Shown: positions 47,591-58,004, counted from the first letter of the stretch. The stretch: DNA of 64,000 nt from Phenylobacterium sp. (GCF_044358365.1 NZ_JBIKNZ010000007.1:9488-73487); one strand, 5' to 3'. Program-made: numbers and translations. Notes: generated by a model from the letters alone, not told the origin.

Positions 47591-48744
47591 CCAAGACCCC
47601 TGGCCTGAGCCTGGGCGTTCATGAAGCCGCGGAGCGTCTGGTCCAGCTGCGGCTCGTCCAGCAGGAAAGCGTCGTGGCCCTTATCGGTTACGATCTCGGC
47701 GAAGCTGGCCCGGCAGCCCGCAGCGTTCAGCGCGCGAACCACGTCACGGCTCTCGGATGTGGGATAGAGCCAGTCCGAGGAGAACGACAGAATGCAGAAC
47801 CTGACCGTTCGGGCTTTCAGGAACGCCTCGGTCAGAATGCCGCCATGGTTTGCGGCGAGGTCGAAATAGTCCATGGCCCGGGTTATGTAGAGATAGGAGT
47901 TGGCGTCGAAACGGTCGACGAAACTGGCGCCCTGATGGCGCAGGTAGCTTTCTACCTGAAAGTCTGCGTCAAAGCCCCACGATAGCCCGTCGCGCTGCAG
48001 TTCGCGGCCAAATTTTCTCTGGAGAGCCGATTCCGAAAGATAGGTGATGTGCGCGGCCATCCGCGCCACGGCGAGACCCTTGTCCGGCCGCAACCCTGCC
48101 GCCAGATAGGCGCCGCCGCACCAGTTGGGATCGGCCATAATCGCCTGGCGGCCGACTTCGTGGAACGCGATGTTCTGGGCTGAGTGGCGAGGCGCCGCAG
48201 CGATACAGACGGCGCTGAACAGCTTCTCCGGATAGTCCGCCGCCCACTGCAACACCTGCATGCCGCCCATGGACCCGCCGACGACGGCGAACAGGGTCTC
48301 GATCCCCAACGCCTCGACCAGCATCGCCTGGGCGCGGACCATGTCGCCGATCGTGATCACCGGAAAACCGAGGCCGTAGGGCGCGCCAGTTGCAGGATCG
48401 GTCGAGGCCGGGCCTGTCGTACCCATGCAGCCTCCGACGACGTTCGCGCAGACGATGAAATACCGCTCCGGGTCGAGAGGCAGACCAGGTCCCACCGCGC
48501 GGTTCCACCATCCGGGCTTACCGGTGGTCGGGTGGGTTGACGCCACATGTTGATCCAGAGTCAGGGCATGGCAGACCAGCACGGCATTGGTCTTGCCGGC
48601 GTTCAGCTTCCCATAGGTTTCGTAAGCCACCTCAAGGGGAGCCAGGGTCGCGCCCGAATCAAGCCGCAGGGGCTGGTTCGCGGCGAACCGCCAGGTTCCG
48701 CCGCTCCGCTCGATTTCACCGGATATGGGCGCCTGCGCCGTCAT
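47587..48744 (-). CDS. metX: Homoserine O-acyltransferase
   Basis: [26 protein letters not shown]. Confidence 0.95.
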   Translation of the reverse strand: MTAQAPISGEIERSGGTWRFAANQPLRLDSGATLAPLEVAYETYGKLNAGKTNAVLVCHALTLDQHVASTHPTTGKPGWWNRAVGPGLPLDPERYFIVCANVVGGCMGTTGPASTDPATGAPYGLGFPVITIGDMVRAQAMLVEALGIETLFAVVGGSMGGMQVLQWAADYPEKLFSAVCIAAAPRHSAQNIAFHEVGRQAIMADPNWCGGAYLAAGLRPDKGLAVARMAAHITYLSESALQRKFGRELQRDGLSWGFDADFQVESYLRHQGASFVDRFDANSYLYITRAMDYFDLAANHGGILTEAFLKARTVRFCILSFSSDWLYPTSESRDVVRALNAAGCRASFAEIVTDKGHDAFLLDEPQLDQTLRGFMNAQAQARGLG

Positions 48745-48830
48745 GCCGCCTTGGACCGCCTCGCCCCATCACTGTCAATGGGTTGCAGCCGGCTACGCGT
48801 GGGCTATGACAGCCTCTTGAGGGAGCGTTC

Positions 48831-49322
48831 ATGGATCGGCTGATCCTTCTGCGGCACGGCAAGGCCGAACCGGAGTCAGAAACCGGCGACGATTTTGATC
48901 GGCGGCTCGCGGTCCACGGGGCGGTCGAGTCGGCGGCCATGGGCCTGCGTCTGGCTGACACGGGCTTTCGCCCGGATCTGGCGATGGTGTCGACCGCTGC
49001 GCGCGCGCGCGGAACCTGGGAGGCGGCGGCGCCTGCCTTTCCGGAAGCTCAGGTCCGCTATGAGGACGAACTCTATCACGCTGACATGCAGACAATCCGC
49101 CATGTGGCTCAGCGCGCTGCCGCCGAGGCGGCCACAGTGATGATCGTCGGCCATAATCCGGGCCTGCAGGAACTGACGATAGCCTTGCTGATGGAGGGCC
49201 GCGCGCCTGCGGGGCTGATCGCCAAGGTCCAGCGGAATTATCCCACGGCCGCAGCCTCGGTGTTCCTGATAGATGGGGCCGGTCGCCCGCATTACGACGG
49301 CCTGTTCTTCCCGGAACGCTGA
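48831..49322 (+). CDS. SixA-like histidine phosphatase
   Basis: LILLRHGKA, STAARARGT, IVGHNPG. Confidence 0.88.
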   Translation: MDRLILLRHGKAEPESETGDDFDRRLAVHGAVESAAMGLRLADTGFRPDLAMVSTAARARGTWEAAAPAFPEAQVRYEDELYHADMQTIRHVAQRAAAEAATVMIVGHNPGLQELTIALLMEGRAPAGLIAKVQRNYPTAAASVFLIDGAGRPHYDGLFFPER

Positions 49323-49323
49323 G

Positions 49324-49662
49324 ATGCGCGTCTACAAGATATTGCCTCGCAGCGAATGGGCCACGGCGCAGGCGTCGGGACGTTTCGAGGGCTCCGCCAT
49401 CGACCTTCAGGATGGTTACATCCACCTCTCCACGGCGGCCCAGGCAGGCGAAACCGCCCGGCGTTACTTCCGGGATCTGACCGGCCTTGTTGTCCTGGAG
49501 ATCGAGGGCGATGACCTGGGCCCGGCCTTGAAGTGGGAGCCGTCGCGCGGCGGCGACCTGTTTCCCCACCTCTACTCTGGCCTGCCCGTCGGCGCGGTCC
49601 GGGCGGTCCATGACGCACCGCTCGACGCCGGGGGCACGCCGCAATTGTCGTTACCGACATGA
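49324..49662 (+). CDS. DUF952 family protein
   Basis: DLQDGYIHLST, LKWEPSRGGDLFPHLY. Confidence 0.88.
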   Translation: MRVYKILPRSEWATAQASGRFEGSAIDLQDGYIHLSTAAQAGETARRYFRDLTGLVVLEIEGDDLGPALKWEPSRGGDLFPHLYSGLPVGAVRAVHDAPLDAGGTPQLSLPT

Positions 49663-50702
49663 TCGACCTCCATCGCCTTGCCACAGGCGCTCTTCGGGGG
49701 CTGGATCCGGAAGATGCCCACAACCTGGCGATCCGTGCCCTTAAGCTGGGGTTGGGTCCCGTGGCGCGAGCCGACGATCCGATTCTGGCCTGTGAGCTGG
49801 CGGGCCTGAAGCTACCCAATCCCATCGGTCTCGCACCGGGTTTCGACAAGAACGCCGAGGTGTTCGGACCGATGCTGCGCGCAGGCTTCGGGTTCGCCGA
49901 GTGCGGCACCGTCACGCCGCTGCCACAGGTCGGCAATTCCCGGCCCCGCCTGTTCCGCCTGGCCGAGGATCGCGCGGTGATCAACCGGATGGGTTTTAAC
50001 AACGCAGGTCTGGAGGCTTTCGCCGCCCGTCTGGCGAAACGTGGATCCGGCGTGGTCGGCGCCAATCTGGGCGCCAACAAGGACAGCGAAGACCGTCTTG
50101 CCGACTACACCAGTGGCTTGAGACGGCTGTGGGGCATGGCGTCCTATTTCACGATCAACATCTCCTCGCCGAATACACCGGGCCTTCGCGCGCTGCAGAC
50201 CCGCGCGGCGCTGGACGAACTTCTCGGGCGCCTGATGAACACCGCCCAGTCGCTGCCGTCGGGCGTCGCTGCACCCATGTTCCTGAAGGTTGCGCCGGAT
50301 CTGGAAGATGCCGAGATCGAGGCCATTGCCGAAGTGGTGGCGGGGCACGGCATGGCCGGGGTGATCGTCGCCAACACCACCCTGGCCCGACCGGGGCTGA
50401 AGTCTGCCCATCGTGACGAGACCGGCGGTCTTTCAGGTGCGCCCCTGATGGCGCCGTCGACGCAGGTGCTCCGACGGTTCCATAGTTTGACCAACGGCCG
50501 GTTCCTGCTGATCGGGGCAGGCGGGATAGGCTCCGGCGCGGACGCCTACGCCAAGATCCGGGCTGGCGCTCAGGCCGTCCAGCTCTATTCGGCGCTGGCC
50601 TACGAGGGGCCGGGCCTTGTCGTCCGCATCAAGCGCGATCTTGCCGCTCTTTTGCGCGCCGACGGGTTTCGCTCCGTGCAAGAGGCCGTAGGCGCCGAAT
50701 AG
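49659..50702 (+). CDS. pyrD: Quinone-dependent dihydroorotate dehydrogenase
   Basis: GLAPGFDKN, INRMGFNN, NISSPNTPG, GGLSG. Confidence 0.96.
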   Translation: MIDLHRLATGALRGLDPEDAHNLAIRALKLGLGPVARADDPILACELAGLKLPNPIGLAPGFDKNAEVFGPMLRAGFGFAECGTVTPLPQVGNSRPRLFRLAEDRAVINRMGFNNAGLEAFAARLAKRGSGVVGANLGANKDSEDRLADYTSGLRRLWGMASYFTINISSPNTPGLRALQTRAALDELLGRLMNTAQSLPSGVAAPMFLKVAPDLEDAEIEAIAEVVAGHGMAGVIVANTTLARPGLKSAHRDETGGLSGAPLMAPSTQVLRRFHSLTNGRFLLIGAGGIGSGADAYAKIRAGAQAVQLYSALAYEGPGLVVRIKRDLAALLRADGFRSVQEAVGAE

Positions 50703-50763
50703 TCACCTCGCGACGGTGCGCCACGTTGCCGCGCCGGTCAGGCTGCAGTAACGCGTAGAGACG

Positions 50764-52245
50764 ATGGCCGACGCGTCCCCGCCGACCAAGCCGCCTGAGA
50801 GACCCTGGCGCCGCCGCCTGTTCTGGCCCGGGGGCCTTTCGGCACGCCTGCTGGTCCTGACGGTCGTCATCGCCACCCTGGGCGGCGCGCTGGCGATTCT
50901 GCCGGCCATGGCGGCCTATGAGAAACAGTGGTTGCTCGACCGCGTACGCGCCGCAGAGCTGGCTTCCCTCGCCGCAGAAGTCGCCCCGGACCGGGTGGTC
51001 TCCGAACAACTCAAGACCCAGCTGCTGGAGGGCGCGGGGGTCGAGATCGTGGCGGTTTCCAGTGATGGCGTCCGCAGGCTGGTGTTCGCCAGTTCGCGAC
51101 CAGCCAGGGCGCCCTACCTTGTAGATTTGCGGTCCCGGGCGGCGGGACTGGGTCTGTTTGCGCCGTTCCAGACCCTGTTCGGTCCCGGAGATCGCATGCG
51201 CGTGGTCGCCGAACCCCGGTTCCGTGAGGCCGATTTCATCGAGTTCGTCGCCACTGATACCGAGCTCAAGAAGGCCTTGGCGAGCTATCTCTGGCGGCTG
51301 GTGGCGATCGTGGCGGGAGTCTCGGCGCTGGCCGGCCTGATCGTGTTTCTGGCGCTCAACCTGTTTCTGGTGCGCCCGATGCAGCGGATCACGCACGCCA
51401 TGGAGCGTTTCCGCGCCGATCCGGATGATCCCGACGCCCGGGTCCAGCTTTCCGGCCGTCGCGACGAGATCGGCCGCGCCGAGGCGGAACTGGATCGCAT
51501 GCAGGCGGACCTGCGGGTGGCGCTCAGCTCGCGGGCGCGACTGGCGGCGCTGGGCGAGGCCGTGGCCAAGATCAATCACGACCTGAAGAACATGCTGACC
51601 GGCGCCCAGCTGGCTTCGGAACGGCTGGCGGCCCTCAAGGACCCGAAGGTGAGCCAGGCCCTGCCGAGGCTCGAGCGGGCGCTGGATCGCGCGGTAAAGC
51701 TGGCTTCGGGCGTCCTGGCCTATGGCAAGACCCAGGAAGCCGCACCGGAGACCCAGACACTCGGCCTGGCCGGTGCGCTGGCCGAAGCGGCCGCCGAGGC
51801 GCGGCTGGCTGATTCGGGTATCCGATTCGCCTCCAAGGTGACCGCTGCCGATCAGGTGATCGCGGACCCCGATCAATTTCACCGCATTCTGGTCAACCTG
51901 CTACGCAATGCCCGCCAGGCTATCGAGCACCAGCCGGACCGCAAGCTCGCAGGCCGGATCGAGGTGTCGCTGGAGGCGGTGGGCGGAGCCAGCCTGATCC
52001 GGATCTCTGACAACGGCCCGGGCGTGCCGGAGCGGATGCGCGAGCGCCTGTTCCAGCCCTTCGCCGGTTCGGGACGGCCGGACTCCACCGGGCTTGGCCT
52101 CGCCATCGCCCGCGAACTGGCGCAGGCCCACGGCGGCGACCTGACCCTTTCGGTCACCGGCGACGAAGGCACGGTCTTCGAGCTTCGCCTGCCGGGCACG
52201 CCGGGTCCCCGGGCGCGGACCCGAAAGAGCGCCAGCGCGAGCTAG
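50764..52245 (+). CDS. Membrane sensor histidine kinase with HAMP domain (probable CenK orthologue by gene order)
   Basis: Two TMs, H-box KINHDLKN, N-box NLLRNA, DNGPG, TGLGLAIA; no adjacent response regulator. Confidence 0.88.
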   Translation: MADASPPTKPPERPWRRRLFWPGGLSARLLVLTVVIATLGGALAILPAMAAYEKQWLLDRVRAAELASLAAEVAPDRVVSEQLKTQLLEGAGVEIVAVSSDGVRRLVFASSRPARAPYLVDLRSRAAGLGLFAPFQTLFGPGDRMRVVAEPRFREADFIEFVATDTELKKALASYLWRLVAIVAGVSALAGLIVFLALNLFLVRPMQRITHAMERFRADPDDPDARVQLSGRRDEIGRAEAELDRMQADLRVALSSRARLAALGEAVAKINHDLKNMLTGAQLASERLAALKDPKVSQALPRLERALDRAVKLASGVLAYGKTQEAAPETQTLGLAGALAEAAAEARLADSGIRFASKVTAADQVIADPDQFHRILVNLLRNARQAIEHQPDRKLAGRIEVSLEAVGGASLIRISDNGPGVPERMRERLFQPFAGSGRPDSTGLGLAIARELAQAHGGDLTLSVTGDEGTVFELRLPGTPGPRARTRKSASAS

Positions 52246-52272
52246 GCGTCGCCTCCAGAGAAGTTTGAAGCC

Positions 52273-53979
52273 TCAGGGCGCCTTGGCCACGCCCTCGCGG
52301 CGGGGGTCCGCGGCGCCGCGAAGGCCCTGCGGCGTGACCTCGATGCCGTGCAGGCCCGAGCCCTCGGCGCCGAAGCCACTCGACATCTTCACCCCGCGCG
52401 CCTCCAGGCCCGCTGTCAGTTCCGGCGAGAACTTCGTGGTCTCCGCGGCGTAGAAGGTTCCACCGGAGATCAGGTTCGGAAGGGCGATCGCGTCCTGCAT
52501 GGTCATCTTCCAGTCCAGTACGCCCACCAGGGCCTTCAGATTGTAGGCCAGGATCGACGGCCCGCCTGGCGAACCCACCGCGGCGACAAACCGATAGTTC
52601 CGATCAAGCACGATGGCCGGCGCCATGGATGAGCGTGGTCGCTTGCCAGGACCCACCGCATTGGCCGCGGGGGCCCCATCGCGCTCGCGGGGTGTGAACG
52701 AGAAATCGGTGAGCTGGTTGTTCAGGAAAAAGCCCCCGACCATCCGGCCCGAGCCGAAGATGCTTTCCACCGTTGTGGTCATCGAAACCACGTTGCCCCA
52801 TCTGTCGACGATGGAGAAATGGGTGGTGCCGCCTGGCTCCTGGGTGCGGTCCGGGGCCCGGGGCCCGGCGCCCTTCGGATTGCCGGGGGCGGGCGGGGCG
52901 GGGTCGGCGTTCGGGCCGATCAGCTTCGCGCGCGCCGCCACATAGGCTGGGTCGAGCAGGCCCTTGACGGGTACGTCGATGAAGTCCGGGTCACCGATGT
53001 AGCGATCACGGTCGGCGTACATAAGCCGGCTAGCCTGGCTGAACAGGTACCAGCCCTCCACGTCGTTCGGATGATTGCCGATGGCGGTATTCTCGAGAAT
53101 GCCCAGCCCCAGCAGGACCGCAGGGCCGCCGGAAGGCGCGCCGGGCACGCAAACAATGTAGGCGCGATAGGGTCGGCAGAGTCCGGCCTCGGCCTTGGGG
53201 CGATAGGCCTTCAGGTCCGCAAGGGTGAGAGATCCTGGCATGTCGCCCTCTCGCACCTTGGCCACGATGGCCTCGGCGATCGGACCTTCCAGCAGCGCCT
53301 TCGGCCCCTCGGCGGCGATCTTTCGCACCGTGGCGGCATAGGCGGGATTCCTGACGATGTCGCCCGGCTGGATCTTGGTCCCGTCCGCCTTGGTGAAGTA
53401 GGCGACGGCGTCCCTGGTCGCGGCCTGGCCCGCGCGGCTGGAGGCGGCGGCGGCCATCCGACCCGGCGCCGGGAACCCACGGTCGGCCAGTTGTTCGGCC
53501 TCGCCGAACAGGTCCTTCCAGGCCAGCTTCCCGTGTTGGTACTGGGCCAGCGACAGCATCGCCACCGCGCCGGGTACGCCGGTGGAGCGCCCGCTCAGGA
53601 TCGCCGCGCCCTTGTTGAGCGGCTTGCCATCGGCGCCGTAAAACAGCTCCGGCGTCGCCGCCATCGGCGCTGTCTCGCGGCCATTGTAGGCGGTCACCTT
53701 TTTCGTCTTCGCGTCGTAGTAGGTCAGGAACGCGCCGCCGCCGAGGCCGGAGCTCTGCGGTTCCACCAGACCCAGCGCCGCCTGTACCGCTACCGCAGCG
53801 TCCACGGCGGTTCCACCGGCGCGCAGAATCTTCAGGCCCGCCTCCACCGCCATCGGATTGGCGGCGGCCACCATACCGGTCGACGCCGCCGCCGGCTGCG
53901 ACACGGCGGCCTGCGGGGTGGCGCAGGCGCTAAGCATCAGGGCAAGGGCCAGGGGGGTGCAGACGGAAGACAGTTTCAC
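52273..53979 (-). CDS. ggt: Gamma-glutamyltransferase (lipoprotein signal)
   Basis: LSAC lipobox, EPQSSGLGGG, TTHFSIVD (Thr nucleophile), KRPRSSM, GSPGG. Confidence 0.93.
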   Translation of the reverse strand: MKLSSVCTPLALALMLSACATPQAAVSQPAAASTGMVAAANPMAVEAGLKILRAGGTAVDAAVAVQAALGLVEPQSSGLGGGAFLTYYDAKTKKVTAYNGRETAPMAATPELFYGADGKPLNKGAAILSGRSTGVPGAVAMLSLAQYQHGKLAWKDLFGEAEQLADRGFPAPGRMAAAASSRAGQAATRDAVAYFTKADGTKIQPGDIVRNPAYAATVRKIAAEGPKALLEGPIAEAIVAKVREGDMPGSLTLADLKAYRPKAEAGLCRPYRAYIVCVPGAPSGGPAVLLGLGILENTAIGNHPNDVEGWYLFSQASRLMYADRDRYIGDPDFIDVPVKGLLDPAYVAARAKLIGPNADPAPPAPGNPKGAGPRAPDRTQEPGGTTHFSIVDRWGNVVSMTTTVESIFGSGRMVGGFFLNNQLTDFSFTPRERDGAPAANAVGPGKRPRSSMAPAIVLDRNYRFVAAVGSPGGPSILAYNLKALVGVLDWKMTMQDAIALPNLISGGTFYAAETTKFSPELTAGLEARGVKMSSGFGAEGSGLHGIEVTPQGLRGAADPRREGVAKAP

Positions 53980-54068
53980 GGGACGGTTCGCTCCAGATTG
54001 ACAGTCGGCGGGACCATAGACCGGCGGCGGCGTGGACAACAAACGCCGGGTCGTGCGAGGTCCCTCCT

Positions 54069-55103
54069 ATGGATGCAAATCGCCCCGGTCCAGGCCCGCG
54101 CAATCTGATCACCGATGTTCCTGGCCTAAGGGTCGGGCAGGCGCAAGATGCGGGCGTTCGCACGGGCGTCACAGTGATTCTGCCTGATGAACGCGCAGTC
54201 GCGGCCTGCGACGTGCGCGGCGGTGCGCCCGGCACGCGCGAAACCGACGCGCTTCAGCCCGAGAACCTCGTCGAGGCGGTGGACGCCATCGTGCTCTCCG
54301 GCGGTTCTGTCTATGGCCTCGCCGCAGCGGACGGAGTGGTGACCTGGCTGGGCGCGAGGGGGCGCGGCTTTGGTCTGGCAGCGGGCATCCCGAAGTCTCC
54401 GGTGGTGCCGGGGGCGATCCTGTTTGACGTGGCCAATGGCGGCGACAAGGGTTGGGACGAACAGCCGCCTTATCGCGAACTGGGCCGGGTCGCTGTGGCT
54501 GCAGCCGGTCTCAACTTTGCGCTGGGTACTGCCGGCGCCGGTTACGGGGCCATGGCCGGCGGTTTGAAGGGCGGCACGGGCTCGGCGTCGGTGATCACCA
54601 CCGACGGCTTTGCGGTCGGCGCGGTGGTGGCGGTCAATAGTTGGGGTTCGGTGATCGCGCCTGGCGGTCGCACCTTCTGGGCCGCGCCGTTCGAGCTGGG
54701 TGGCGAGTTCGGCGGTCTTGGCTCCGCCGGTCTGGCGGCAGGCCCGGACGCATGGGGTTCCGCCAAACGGCCCGTCGAGACCCGCAATACGACCATCGCC
54801 TGTGTGGCCACCGACGCCATCCTGACCCCGGCCCAGGCCAAGCGGTTCGCCGTCATGGCTCAGGACGGCCTTGCCCGCGCTATTCGGCCTATCCACGCGC
54901 CTTTCGACGGCGACGTGGTCTTTGCGATCGGTACGGGTCTGCGGCCGCTGGGCGAGCAGCCCGATTACATGATCGCCCGCCTTGGCGCGCTGGCCGCCGA
55001 CACCCTGGCCCGCGCTGTCGCCCGCGGGGTGTTTGAGGCGACCCCTTGGCCGGGAACGGGAGTTCCTTGCTGGCGGGACCTTCCGGTCGAAGGTTCGCGC
55101 TGA
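54069..55103 (+). CDS. P1/DmpA family aminopeptidase (Ntn-like)
   Basis: NLITDVPGLRVG, GGAPGTRET, NTTIACVATDA, FDGD. Confidence 0.85.
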   Translation: MDANRPGPGPRNLITDVPGLRVGQAQDAGVRTGVTVILPDERAVAACDVRGGAPGTRETDALQPENLVEAVDAIVLSGGSVYGLAAADGVVTWLGARGRGFGLAAGIPKSPVVPGAILFDVANGGDKGWDEQPPYRELGRVAVAAAGLNFALGTAGAGYGAMAGGLKGGTGSASVITTDGFAVGAVVAVNSWGSVIAPGGRTFWAAPFELGGEFGGLGSAGLAAGPDAWGSAKRPVETRNTTIACVATDAILTPAQAKRFAVMAQDGLARAIRPIHAPFDGDVVFAIGTGLRPLGEQPDYMIARLGALAADTLARAVARGVFEATPWPGTGVPCWRDLPVEGSR

Positions 55104-55140
55104 TAACGTCGAACAGGGTTCTGTTCAGGAGATCACGTCC

Positions 55141-56430
55141 ATGGGTCTGGCTCGCACACTCACCCTGCTTTCCGGCGTCGCCGCGACGGTTACGGTTTCG
55201 GGCGCCACGGCGCAGACCGGCCAGGTCGTCCAGAAAGTCACCGGCCCTGTCGCAGTCTACTGGATGAGCGCCCAGACCCAGACCGGCTTCGGCCTGCCCA
55301 CCGGCGGCGGCAATCCCAATCCCATGGCGATGATGCGCCAGATGATGGGCGGCGGCGGGGCCGGGGCCAACAAGTCGCTCACCCTGCAACTGGGCTCCAG
55401 CCAGACCAATGCGGCGCCGTCGGCCGAACACCTGCCCCCGCAAAACCTGGCTGTGGGCGCCAGCCTGCCCCTGATAACGCCGAAGCTCACCCCGCCGGAG
55501 CCGCGTGAGCCTGGCCAGATACCGCGCGATTTCCAGAAACCCCGGGGGCGCCTGCTGATCTTCTGGGGTTGTGGTGAGAAGGCCAGGCCCGGCCAGCCCA
55601 TCGTCATCGATTTCGCCAAGCTCGCGGCGGGTCAGATCCCGGCGGGTCTGTCCGGCCTCAACGGCATCGATTTCCGCAACATGTCGCCGCCCTCGGTCTC
55701 GAAGAACCGCACCTATGGCGACTGGCCGAACGAAAAGACACGCAACGCCGGCATCCCCTCCCAGGGTTCGCTGCTGGGCGAACACACGATCCGTGGCAAC
55801 TACAGCCCGCAGATCAACTTCACGCTCGAGGAGGACCAGGATTTCCTGGGCCCGCTCAACCTGACCACCAACGCCAAGGCGCCTGGTGGATGGGCCAATA
55901 TCGGCTGGAACCTGGTGGGTAACGCTCAGGCCTATTTCGCGACCGCTGTCGGCGGCGGTGACGGCGAGACCATGGTGCTCTGGAGTTCGTCGGAGTCCCA
56001 GACGGCGGCCTTCGTGATGCCAGACTACCTTGCACCGTCGGAGATCAACCGGCTGGTGGCCGCCAAGGCCCTGATGGGCCCCGCAACCCGGTCATGCGCC
56101 ATCCCCAAGGAAGTGGTCGACGCCGCGCCCCAGGCTCTGTTGCAACTGGCCGCCTTTGGCGGCGAGGCCAATTTCGTCTACCCGCCCCGGCCGACCAATC
56201 CAAAGATCGCCTGGAACCAGGAGTGGGCCGTCAAGGTGCGCTACCGGTCCGCCACCGGCGGCCTGCTGGGCATGGACATAAACGAGGTGATGGGTGGTCG
56301 CGCCGGTCGCAGCAGCGCCAACCCGCCTGCCCAGCAACCCGGCCAACCCCAAAAGCCCGCCAAGGCGCCCAGCGCGGCCGACATCCTCCGCAAGGGTATT
56401 CTGGGCGGCGGCCTTCCATTCCCGCGCTGA
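55141..56430 (+). CDS. Secreted hypothetical protein of unknown family
   Basis: Signal peptide, strongly host-like codons, Met/Gly-rich and Pro/Gln-rich low-complexity segments. Confidence 0.7.
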   Translation: MGLARTLTLLSGVAATVTVSGATAQTGQVVQKVTGPVAVYWMSAQTQTGFGLPTGGGNPNPMAMMRQMMGGGGAGANKSLTLQLGSSQTNAAPSAEHLPPQNLAVGASLPLITPKLTPPEPREPGQIPRDFQKPRGRLLIFWGCGEKARPGQPIVIDFAKLAAGQIPAGLSGLNGIDFRNMSPPSVSKNRTYGDWPNEKTRNAGIPSQGSLLGEHTIRGNYSPQINFTLEEDQDFLGPLNLTTNAKAPGGWANIGWNLVGNAQAYFATAVGGGDGETMVLWSSSESQTAAFVMPDYLAPSEINRLVAAKALMGPATRSCAIPKEVVDAAPQALLQLAAFGGEANFVYPPRPTNPKIAWNQEWAVKVRYRSATGGLLGMDINEVMGGRAGRSSANPPAQQPGQPQKPAKAPSAADILRKGILGGGLPFPR

Positions 56431-56511
56431 GCCTTGAAATTTCAGGGCGTCGGGGCCTTGCGCTCCGCCCCGCCCACGACTAGGTTCCGCGCCCTTGCCG
56501 TAAGGCTCTGC

Positions 56512-56588
56512 GCGCCCGTAGCTCAGCTGGATAGAGCATCAGACTACGAATCTGAGGGTCGGACGTTCGAATCGTTCCGGGCGCGCCA
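56512..56588 (+). tRNA. tRNA-Arg (ACG)
   Basis: Cloverleaf: acceptor GCGCCCG/CGGGCGC, D-arm GCTC/GAGC, anticodon ACG at 56546-56548, T-loop TTCGAAT, encoded CCA. Confidence 0.97.
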
Positions 56589-56626
56589 TTTCTTCCCATT
56601 GAAATCAAACGTCCTCCTCCCGCCCA

Positions 56627-57790
56627 TTAGGCCCGCGGCGCCACCGCGCGCAGACGATCCGATACAAACTCCGCCAACCGGTTGACCGGGTTCTCGCCCG
56701 GGGTCTTGCGACTGGAGATGAACGTCAGCAGGCATACGGTCGAGAAGATCGCGAAGGGCCAGCCGATCACGGTGGCGGCCGATGCCGCCCCTTTGTCCGC
56801 CAGGCCCTGGCCGAGCAGCAGGGAGGTCTGGAACGCAAAGAGCAACAGCCCGGCGATGGCAAAAGCCGCGCGGGATTGCGCGCGCTTGGCGGAGAGACCG
56901 AAGGGCACGGCCAGCAGGGGCATCAGTGGCAGCACCAGCGCCCGCGCCAGTCGCGAGTAGAGTTCGGCCAGCAGTGTCTCGCGAGGGAGAGCCGGCGTGG
57001 GGCCTCCATAGCCCATCCGGGCCAGCTCTGTGAGGGTGAGCTCGGTTTCCTCGCCGCTGCCGCGGCTGCGCAGTAGCCGCGCTGCCGGAGCCAGGGGAAG
57101 GCGCAGGGTCAACTCCGAGAAGGTCAGGAGGTGCGGCGCGCCGGTTGGGTCAGTACTGAGCTGCTGACCGTCCCGTAGATCGAGGGTCACACTGAGGCCG
57201 TCCTGGTTGTGATGGATGTCAGCGGTTGCGGCCGTCAGCACGTCCTCGCGGCCGCCAGGCGATAGCCGGCGCAGAAACACCTTCTGCAGCCGCTGCCCCG
57301 TGGGGTCCACGCCCTCGGCGGTCAGCAACAGGCTGGGGTCTGGCGACAACAAGGCCCTTGGCTGGATCTGGCCGCTCCAACCGGCATTCTCGGCGGCATG
57401 CAATACGGCGCGATAGCCATAGCGGCTGTAGGGTTGGATGAAACCGTAGAGCAGCAGGCTAAGCAGCATCAGCACCACGCCCAGCGCCACAAACGGCGCT
57501 GCGATCCTCCCCAGTGACATACCGCTGGCCAACATGGCGTCGATCTCGGATTCGTTGTTAAGGCGGTTCACCACCACGAACAGCGCGATGAAGAAGCCTA
57601 CCGGCAGGATCAGGCCCAGATAGTGCGGGGCAAGATTCATCATCAGCCCCACGAGGTAGCTGAATCCGTCCTGTGTCTGCGCCAGCAAATCGAACGATCT
57701 GAGCACCCGCTCCAGCAGAAAGGCCAGCATGGTGCTGGTCAGGACCGCGGCCATGGGGCCGAAGGTGCGGCTGAGGAGGTAGCGGTTCAT
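56627..57790 (-). CDS. LptF/LptG (YjgP/YjgQ) family permease with no adjacent partner
   Basis: RYLLSRTF, ESEIDAMLASGMSL.RI..P, periplasmic beta-jellyroll, ELYSRLA, LAVPFG. Alternative start 57934. Confidence 0.88.
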   Translation of the reverse strand: MNRYLLSRTFGPMAAVLTSTMLAFLLERVLRSFDLLAQTQDGFSYLVGLMMNLAPHYLGLILPVGFFIALFVVVNRLNNESEIDAMLASGMSLGRIAAPFVALGVVLMLLSLLLYGFIQPYSRYGYRAVLHAAENAGWSGQIQPRALLSPDPSLLLTAEGVDPTGQRLQKVFLRRLSPGGREDVLTAATADIHHNQDGLSVTLDLRDGQQLSTDPTGAPHLLTFSELTLRLPLAPAARLLRSRGSGEETELTLTELARMGYGGPTPALPRETLLAELYSRLARALVLPLMPLLAVPFGLSAKRAQSRAAFAIAGLLLFAFQTSLLLGQGLADKGAASAATVIGWPFAIFSTVCLLTFISSRKTPGENPVNRLAEFVSDRLRAVAPRA

Positions 57791-58004
57791 CAGGCCGCCA
57801 ATCGTGGGACGCACCCATGCTGGCCGCTGGGCGGCCCTGGAGGTCCGCGCCGTCGAGGTCATCGACGGGCGGAGTCCGGACGTCGGGTCCTTGTCCACCG
57901 GACGGTGAGCGGGAGCAGCCAGATCCGTGTTCATGTTCGACGCCCGTCTGTCCGTAGCGAAGGCATCGCCTGTCGCCGACTGGACCTGGCGAGAGTGCAA
58001 AACA

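Noticed and set aside
48745-48830. SAM-II/SAM-alpha riboswitch upstream of metX
   Set aside because: The spacer is only 86 nt, is shared with a divergent gene, and lacks the GGTGATTT...GCTAAA-type conserved elements.
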